A DNA stretch of 57,272 nt, taken from contig JAXMNT010000047.1 in NCBI GenBank assembly GCA_034670305.1, forward strand, positions 1-57,272. Direction: 5' to 3'. Positions 51,058-57,272 of the stretch are shown here, one piece after another; the first letter of the stretch is position 1, and the number at the start of each line of letters is the position of its first letter. The stretch comes from Deltaproteobacteria bacterium (GTDB lineage Bacteria; Myxococcota_A; Polyangia; Polyangiales; Houyiibacteriaceae). The notes under the pieces were generated by a model. It searched no databases. It was not told the origin of the DNA and was given only the letters and a program-made list of their open reading frames with translations. The translations under genes were made by a program, and so were the position numbers.

Positions 51058-52698
51058 ATGCGCTTTGTCTGGCTTCCCCTCTGGATGTGTGCGCTCGTGG
51101 CGGGTGGCTTCGGCTGCGGCGACGAGGATCGGCGGGTGCCCTTCGGTCAGACGCCGCCGGACGAAGTCGAGGCCCCCGACCCGCCACCCAGCGAACAACC
51201 GTTCGAACCGGCCGAGGGGCAGTCGCTGCCGGCGGGCACGATGGGGGTTCGGGTCGAGGGTGCGGTCGTGGCCGAAGGGGCCGAGGTGCGTGCGCTCTTG
51301 CCGCTCGATCTGGACGACGACGGCGACCGAGACGTCATCGCGGTGCGCCACGACCCCAACACCGAGGTGCTCGGGGTGTGGGCGGGCACCCGCGACCGCA
51401 TGCAGTTCACCTCGCGCCTGCTCGGTTCCACCCAGGTCACCGGCTGCACCGTCGGGGAGGCGAGTCTCCGCACCCTGAGCCCCTACGCCCTGCAAGCCAC
51501 CGCCGAGGTGGTGTGCCCGGACGTCGTGGACGGACCGACCTCATGGACCGGGGTGTGGATCGTCTCGAGGGAGCGGCGCCCGCGATTGCGTGAGGCCATC
51601 GCCACCCGCGGCGGGGTCCGGGCCGACGTCGAGGTCGGCGATCTGGACGACGATCACCACGAAGATCTCCAAGTGACGATTCACGTGGGCGAGGTGGCGG
51701 TGCCGATTCGCTGGATGGACCGACCCGGCGGGCTCTCGCGCGATCGCGCGGAACCGACGGCGACCTTCGAACGGGCACCGGAAGCGCGGGCCGCGTTGGT
51801 CGCGGCGTTGTGTGGACCCTCGGCCAACGTGCGCATCGGGACCGCCCGCTGGGGCCTCGAGTGTCCGGAGGCGTTGGTGCGCGACGCGATGGTCGCGGGG
51901 CTCGACGCGCTCTTGGCCGAAGGCGAGCTCGTCCGCGCGCTCGGTGAGATCGTCGCGGGGGCGCAGGCCTCGCCCGAAGCCATTCAAGCGGCGGCCGCGC
52001 CCGGCGTGACGATGCGGCCCTGGTACACCGGCACGTTCCCCCCCGACGATCCCAACGTGCGCCACACCGCCTTGGCGTTCGACGGCGAGGATCTGCTGGT
52101 GCACGTCGGGGGCGCGACCCTGCGGGTGATGCCGACGGGCGAACAGAGCGTGGCGGAGAATGCGCGCCCGCCGATCCGCGACCCAGGCGGCACGACCTAC
52201 GTGGCGCAGGTGCGCCGGCGCTGCGAACGAGGGGAAGCGATTCTGCGGGCGATTCGCACGGGGGGTGGGAACACACCACTTCAACTGGGATCGATCCGCA
52301 TCGTCGAAGGCGCGCTGACCTGCCAAGAGACGGCGGACGACGATGGCGCGTGGCGGGTGCTCGGGTGGGCACCCCAGGGACTGCTCTCCGCCCACCTCGG
52401 CGCCCGCCGGGTCGTTCCGCTCACGGCGGAAGGCGAACCGGCCGGTGACGGGGTTGCGCTCGCCGCGGGCGAGCCGACGCCAGCCCCCTTGCTCGGCGGC
52501 CGCGTCACATCGGGCGGTGACGTCTACATCTTCGAGACGGCCGAAGGCGTGCTGCGCGTGGACCTCGACGGCGCCGAGTTGTGGCGCCCGGAGGGTTGGG
52601 CCGACATCGAAGAGGTGCCGCGCGCCGCGGCCCTGTCGGCCGACGGGAACACTGTGGCCGTGTTGCGCGGCGACATCGTCTACCGGCTGACGAAGTAG
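51058..52698 (+). CDS. Hypothetical lipoprotein with FG-GAP-like Ca-binding motifs
   Basis: AGGFGC lipobox; DLDDDGDRD and DLDDDHHED motifs. Confidence 0.7.
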   Translation: MRFVWLPLWMCALVAGGFGCGDEDRRVPFGQTPPDEVEAPDPPPSEQPFEPAEGQSLPAGTMGVRVEGAVVAEGAEVRALLPLDLDDDGDRDVIAVRHDPNTEVLGVWAGTRDRMQFTSRLLGSTQVTGCTVGEASLRTLSPYALQATAEVVCPDVVDGPTSWTGVWIVSRERRPRLREAIATRGGVRADVEVGDLDDDHHEDLQVTIHVGEVAVPIRWMDRPGGLSRDRAEPTATFERAPEARAALVAALCGPSANVRIGTARWGLECPEALVRDAMVAGLDALLAEGELVRALGEIVAGAQASPEAIQAAAAPGVTMRPWYTGTFPPDDPNVRHTALAFDGEDLLVHVGGATLRVMPTGEQSVAENARPPIRDPGGTTYVAQVRRRCERGEAILRAIRTGGGNTPLQLGSIRIVEGALTCQETADDDGAWRVLGWAPQGLLSAHLGARRVVPLTAEGEPAGDGVALAAGEPTPAPLLGGRVTSGGDVYIFETAEGVLRVDLDGAELWRPEGWADIEEVPRAAALSADGNTVAVLRGDIVYRLTK

Positions 52699-52723
52699 AC
52701 GACGGCTGCCGCTTATCCGTGCG

Positions 52724-52848
52724 GTGCCCGTGCCCGTGCGCGGGGACGCTGCTGCTGATCGTGCGCGCCCGTGCCCGTGCCCGTGCCCGAGGACGCTGCT
52801 GCTGATCGTGCGCGCCCGTGCCCGTGCCCGTGCCCGTGCCCGTGCCCG
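52724..52848. repeat. Compound repeat: two 47-bp-period units with (GTGCCC)n
   Basis: ggacgctgctgctgatcgtgcgcgcccgtgcccgtgcccgtgcccg at 52744 and 52791, plus extra GTGCCC hexamers. Confidence 0.9.
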
Positions 52849-52860
52849 ATCCGGAACGAA

Positions 52861-53100
52861 GCCGAATCCGAATCCGAAGCCGAATCCGAAGCCGAAGCCG
52901 AATCCGAATCCGAAGCCGAAGCCGACGCCGAAGCCGACGCCGAATCCGACGCCGAATCCGAAGCCAAAGCCGAAGCCGACGCCGAAGCCGAATCCGACGC
53001 CGAAGCCGAATCCGAAGCCGAAGCCGAATCCGAAGCCGAATCCGAAGCCGAATCCGACGCCGAAGCCGAATCCGACGCCGACGCCGAGGCTGAAGCCGAC
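52861..53100. repeat. Intergenic degenerate hexamer tract ([GT]CCGA[AC])n, 40 units
   Basis: gccgaa/tccgaa/gccgac/tccgac units running up to the stop of the minus-strand gene at 53104. Confidence 0.9.
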
Positions 53101-53103
53101 GCT

Positions 53104-53445
53104 CTACTTCTTGGTTTCGTCGTCCGTCGAGATGCTGGAGCGGGGGGCTTGGATCGTGTCCGAGAAGGGGAGGACGCTGGGGCGTTCGTGTTCGCGGATG
53201 GCGGCGGAGAGTTGCACGGTGACTTCGAGGGGATCGTCGGTGTTGCGGCAGCGGTCGGCTTGAGGGAGTCCGAGTTCGTCTGCGTGTTCTTCCAGCAGGG
53301 GCACGACGACGCGGCGGAGCCGGCGCGCGTGCTCGTCGAGCCTCCGCAGCACGGCGCGTTCTCGTCCGCGTCCGAGACCCATGCCGAGACCCATGCCGAG
53401 CAGGAGACCGCCGAGTGCGGCAAGCACCGTCTCCCAGCCCCCCAT
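53104..53445 (-). CDS. Small membrane-anchored hypothetical protein
   Basis: N-terminal [23 protein letters not shown] followed by a charged helical region. Confidence 0.6.
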   Translation of the reverse strand: MGGWETVLAALGGLLLGMGLGMGLGRGRERAVLRRLDEHARRLRRVVVPLLEEHADELGLPQADRCRNTDDPLEVTVQLSAAIREHERPSVLPFSDTIQAPRSSISTDDETKK

Positions 53446-53497
53446 GCGGGCTAGCGACCGACGCCGCGGTGAAGGTTCGATCGGAGCCACACCGGAC

Positions 53498-54658
53498 TCA
53501 ATCGAAGCACAGGACCGCCTCTTCGCCGAACTCGTCGATGAGCGCGCCCACGTACGAGAGCAGCGTGCGGCGGCGTTCCATCACGCCTCCGATCTGTTCC
53601 GGGCCGAGCAGCGGGTCCTCCGCGTGGGTGGGCTCGGCGGAGAGGGCCGCATCAAGCGCCGCGCGGTCGAGGCGCTGGAGGCGTCCGACGAACGCGCGGG
53701 AGAACTTCTGCGCGTACCGCATGTGGGTCAGCAGGCGCTCGTGCACGTCTTCCGGAAGCGGCGACGGGAATGCGAGGTCGTGGTCGCGCAAGAAGAGCCG
53801 ATCGCCGCGCGGCCCTTCTCGATGGTCGTCGTCTCGAATGAGGCCCTGCATGTTGCCGCCGCTGAATCGGTCCCAGTTGGCGATGAGGTAGTCGAACAAC
53901 ATCATCGTGCTCAGGTCGCGCGCGATCGGGATTCGGTCCTCCGGGATCGCTTCGCCTTGGGTCAGCCAGCGCCGCCAGATCTCGAGGTTCTCTCCCCGTT
54001 CGAGCCGCTGGCTGTGCATGTCCGGCACCCAGTAGATCGCTGCGCCCGGCACGCCCTGACTGTCGCTGCGCATCGCTTGCCGAAGATCGTCGAAGGTCTG
54101 CTCGTCGTCGTAGCGCGGGTGCAGTCGGTCGCGGATCTCGCCGAGCGACACGCGCCGGATCACCGCCGGCGCGATGTTGTCGAGACCCAGCATCCACCCC
54201 ACGCGGTAGGCGGCCACCTCTTTGAGGTAGCCCGAGCTGTGTTGCCGGTTGCGGGGTTTGAACGCCGCGGTGTGATCGGAACGCATCTGCATCCGGAACA
54301 CCACCGAGGTCGTGCCGACCGGCTTGAATTGCCGCGGCGTGTCTCTCGCGACGGCGCGCAACAGCTCGTCGTGACCGAACGTGCCGGGCGGAAAGGTGAG
54401 GGTCGGGGGCTGAAGCGGCGGGCGGGGCTCGGGGGTCTCGTTCAGCAGCGCTTCGGGGTCGATGGGTGCGGGCTCGGTCTCGACCGGTTCGACTTCGGTC
54501 TGCGGATCCGGGTCGATGACGGGCTGGGTGCCGCCGTCGTGTTCCGCACTGCCACACGCCCACAGACACACCAGACCCACCGTCCCCAGCCGAGTGGCGA
54601 GGGAGAGACAGGAGATGGAACTCGAGACGGACGCCATCGGGGTGGGAGGGTACCGCAT
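53498..54658 (-). CDS. Lipoprotein with Fam20C/PI3-PI4-kinase-like atypical kinase domain
   Basis: LVCLWAC lipobox-like, Pro/Glu linker, AAFKP, KEVAAYRVGWMLGL..PAVIR, FDYLIANWDR, FLRDHDLAF. Start at 54658 or 54637. Confidence 0.72.
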   Translation of the reverse strand: MRYPPTPMASVSSSISCLSLATRLGTVGLVCLWACGSAEHDGGTQPVIDPDPQTEVEPVETEPAPIDPEALLNETPEPRPPLQPPTLTFPPGTFGHDELLRAVARDTPRQFKPVGTTSVVFRMQMRSDHTAAFKPRNRQHSSGYLKEVAAYRVGWMLGLDNIAPAVIRRVSLGEIRDRLHPRYDDEQTFDDLRQAMRSDSQGVPGAAIYWVPDMHSQRLERGENLEIWRRWLTQGEAIPEDRIPIARDLSTMMLFDYLIANWDRFSGGNMQGLIRDDDHREGPRGDRLFLRDHDLAFPSPLPEDVHERLLTHMRYAQKFSRAFVGRLQRLDRAALDAALSAEPTHAEDPLLGPEQIGGVMERRRTLLSYVGALIDEFGEEAVLCFD

Positions 54659-54710
54659 CAGGCGGGTTCGGCGGACTTCCGGGCCGGAACCGCCTGCGCA
54701 GGCCGGTGCC

Positions 54711-55856
54711 CTAGCGGTTGCCGGCCAACACGTGTTTGGCGATGACCATGCGCTGGATCTGCGACGTGCCTTCGTAAATCTGGAGGATCTTGGCGTCGCG
54801 CATCAGCTTCTCCACCGGATACTCCTTGATGTACCCGTTGCCGCCGAAGACCTGGACCGCGTCGGTGGCCGTTTGCATGGCGCTGTCGGCGCCGAAGGCC
54901 TTGCTGTAACTCGCGACGAGCGAGTTGCTTCCGCCCTGCTCGATTTGCCACGCGGCCTTGTGTACGAGCAGGCGCGTGGCTTCGTACTTGATCGCCATCT
55001 CCGCGATCATGTGCTGGACCATTTGGTGCTGGGCGATCGGCACGCCGAACGTCTTGCGCTCGTTGGCGTAGGCGACCGATTCGTCGAGGCAGCGCCGCAT
55101 CAGACCGCACGCGCCGGCGCCGATGTCGGGTCGGGTTCGGTCGAAGGTCTTCATCGCCACTTTGAAGCCTTGGCCGGCTTCCGCGATGACGTTGGCTTTG
55201 GGCACGACGACGTCGTCGAACGCGATGGTCGCGGTGTCTGAAGCGCGCTGTCCGAGTTTGTCTTCCTTCTTGCCGACGGTGAGCCCTTCGCTGTCGCGGT
55301 CGACCACGAAGGCCATGATGCCCTTGTGGCGCAGCGCCGGGTCGATTGTGGCGAACACGACGTACCAACTCGCCCACGAGCCGTTGGTGATGAAACACTT
55401 CTCGCCGCTCAGCACCCAGTCGTCGCCGACCTGTTTGGCGCGCATCTGGATGCCGGCCGCGTCGCTCCCGGCGGCGGGCTCGGTGATCGCGTAGGCGGCG
55501 TAGATCGGATCGGCCGTCAGCATGCCGATGTACTTCTTCTTCTGGTCCTCGGTGCCCGCGATCATCAGCGGCGTGGCCGCGAGGATGTTGGCCGTCATGG
55601 ACGTTTGGATGCCGGTGCAACCGTAGGCGAGCTCTTCGGTCAGCAGGACGTTGTCGAGCTCCGACAAACCGAGTCCGCCGTAGGCTTCGGGCAGCACCGG
55701 TCCCACGAGGCCGAGCTCCCACGCTTCTTTGAAGACGTCCGTCGGGAACTTCCCAGTCTGATCGCACTCGCCGGCGATCGGGATGATCTTCGCTTTGACG
55801 AACTCACGGGCACCATCGACGAGTCCCTGCTGGTGGGACGAGAGGTTGAAATCCAT
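54711..55856 (-). CDS. Acyl-CoA dehydrogenase (medium-chain type)
   Basis: AYAITEPAAGSD, GEKCFITNG, KLGQRASDT, ERKTFG, VFGGNGYIKEYPVEKLMRDAKILQIYEGTSQIQR. Confidence 0.96.
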   Translation of the reverse strand: MDFNLSSHQQGLVDGAREFVKAKIIPIAGECDQTGKFPTDVFKEAWELGLVGPVLPEAYGGLGLSELDNVLLTEELAYGCTGIQTSMTANILAATPLMIAGTEDQKKKYIGMLTADPIYAAYAITEPAAGSDAAGIQMRAKQVGDDWVLSGEKCFITNGSWASWYVVFATIDPALRHKGIMAFVVDRDSEGLTVGKKEDKLGQRASDTATIAFDDVVVPKANVIAEAGQGFKVAMKTFDRTRPDIGAGACGLMRRCLDESVAYANERKTFGVPIAQHQMVQHMIAEMAIKYEATRLLVHKAAWQIEQGGSNSLVASYSKAFGADSAMQTATDAVQVFGGNGYIKEYPVEKLMRDAKILQIYEGTSQIQRMVIAKHVLAGNR

Positions 55857-55949
55857 GGCGCCGACATAGCACAGACGGGCCGGCGATCGACGCGACGGTG
55901 CCCCTCCGCGGACACGGGCCCGTCACCGAGCGCGTGGTATCTTCCGGCC

Positions 55950-57137
55950 ATGATGTTTGCGCGTTCCTTCTCTTTGTCGCTTGCGATTCTGTTGACGGTG
56001 GGCGCCACAGCGTCCTCCACAGCCGGCGCCCAGCAGGTGCTCGACGACCCGGTCACCTACGACTTCTCCGCGTTCATGGGCGCCGGGTTCGCGCCGACGC
56101 CCGCGGCCGGCGCGCTCGATTCGGACGAGTGGATCGCGTTCGGCGCGAGCGATGGCGACATGATGTTCGGGGGGACCGAGACCAGCGGCGATTTCGCGCG
56201 TGGCGTGGCGGCCGGTGGCGTCACGACCGGCGGCGTGTACGCGTTCCGCGACATCGAGACGGGCGAAGTCGGCCGCATGTACAACGCGCTCGGCGTGCAG
56301 CCGTCCGGCAGCGACTTCAACCCGGGCGGCTTCGTCTTGCGGATGGTCAACGGGACCGGCGGCAACCTCGGTGTGATCGTCGTCAACTACGTGTACGTGT
56401 ACCGCAACGACGCGGGCCGCGCGCTGGATCACCACTTGGACGTGGCGCGGCTCGACGCGACCGGCGCGGTGGTGGACTCGTTCAGCCCCGCCTCGTTCAG
56501 TGTTCTCACGCCCGCCGACGCCGGCCCCGAGGTTTGGTCCGTCGAGCCGCTCGGCGGGGCGATCGACGTGAGCTCGCTCGGCATCGCCGCCGGCGAATCG
56601 CTGGGGCTCGTGTTCAACTTCATGGACGCGGGAGGTTCCGGTTCCCGCGACCAGGGCGGCATCGCCGCGCTCCGGGTCGCGCGCATGTTGCCCGATGGTG
56701 GACTCCCAGACGGGGCGGATGGGCGCTCGGATGCGGGACCCTCGGATGCGGGCGCTCCGATGGACGCGTCGGTGTTCGACGCGGGCGGCGACGCGGGCAT
56801 GATGGATGGACGAGACGGAGGCGGACCGGATGCGGGCGGCACCCCGGACGCGGGGGCGGATGCGGGCTCGGAGGATGCCGGGTCGGCCGCCGATGTCGGC
56901 GCTGGGGTGGATGCCGGACCGGGCGTCGATGCCGGACCGGGGGTGGACGCCGGACCGGGCGTCGACGGGGGTGGCACCGACGGCGGTGATGGGGTGGTGG
57001 ACGCGGGCTCCAGGGTCGACTCGGGGCCAGGTCCACGCGACGACGGCGGGTGCGGGTGCCGCACGTCCTCACCGTCTTCGGCGATGGGACTCGGCTGGCT
57101 GGTGCTCGGCTGGGTCGCGTTCCGACGCCGCCGCTAG
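55950..57137 (+). CDS. Secreted MYXO-CTERM surface protein
   Basis: Sec signal (AGAQ), globular beta domain, DAG-rich linker with GVDAGP x3 (56904-56957), C-terminus DDGGCGCRT..LGWLVLGWVAFRRRR. Confidence 0.85.
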   Translation: MMFARSFSLSLAILLTVGATASSTAGAQQVLDDPVTYDFSAFMGAGFAPTPAAGALDSDEWIAFGASDGDMMFGGTETSGDFARGVAAGGVTTGGVYAFRDIETGEVGRMYNALGVQPSGSDFNPGGFVLRMVNGTGGNLGVIVVNYVYVYRNDAGRALDHHLDVARLDATGAVVDSFSPASFSVLTPADAGPEVWSVEPLGGAIDVSSLGIAAGESLGLVFNFMDAGGSGSRDQGGIAALRVARMLPDGGLPDGADGRSDAGPSDAGAPMDASVFDAGGDAGMMDGRDGGGPDAGGTPDAGADAGSEDAGSAADVGAGVDAGPGVDAGPGVDAGPGVDGGGTDGGDGVVDAGSRVDSGPGPRDDGGCGCRTSSPSSAMGLGWLVLGWVAFRRRR

Positions 57138-57147
57138 CCGTCCCTGG

Positions 57148-57211
57148 CTAGCAGGTCGCTGAAAAGCGACCTGCTCCCTTGCCGTTGCCCTTGCCCGTGC
57201 CCTTGCCCGCG
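57148..57211 (+). repeat. REP/MITE-like element copy 2: CTAG + GAAA hairpin + (TTGCCC)n + CCCGCG
   Basis: AGCAGGTCGCT-GAAA-AGCGACCTGCT then CCCTTG CCGTTG CCCTTG CCCGTG CCCTTG CCCGCG; similar to the reverse complement of 51-132. Confidence 0.7.
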
Positions 57212-57272
57212 TCGTGGACGCCGTGTGTTTCGCGACGGCGAGGCGCGAATCGGAGCGCGATGCCCAGCGGAC

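Noticed and set aside
52744-52848. 47-bp-period repeat and the 13-mer array at 37411 as possible CRISPR arrays
   Set aside because: No unique spacers and no cas genes; these are tandem repeats.

Overview
High-GC bacterial DNA, most likely Myxococcota (Polyangia/Sandaracinus-like), judged from a MYXO-CTERM protein, a GltG-like FHA/TonB-C protein and many Cys-rich lipoproteins with 'DAG' linkers. Bases 1.9-14.2 kb are the core cluster tRNA-Trp-secE-nusG-rplK-rplA-rplJ-rplL-rpoB-rpoC, without the usual tuf/rpmG and rpsL neighbours. The rest mixes metabolic genes (sucA, three acyl-CoA dehydrogenases, a GMC oxidoreductase), signalling genes (PP2C, Ser/Thr kinase, GAF histidine kinase) and envelope genes. 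Best candidates for new biology: (1) a DUF692/MNIO RiPP operon (22212-19972, minus strand) whose precursor looks like an acidic lipoprotein with five E[GA]SCG motifs, a variant of the EGKCG oxazolin/bufferin type; (2) an operon with two paralogous outer-membrane beta-barrels around a ceramidase-like lipoprotein; (3) a lipoprotein with a Fam20C/PI4K-like kinase domain; (4) non-coding repeats: a shared CTAG-hairpin-(TTGCCC)n element at both window ends, two ~240-bp NCCGAN hexamer tracts and a 13-mer VNTR over a start codon; (5) repeated -10 boxes 6-7 nt before start codons, suggesting many leaderless mRNAs. All family calls come from reading motifs by eye, not from database searches.
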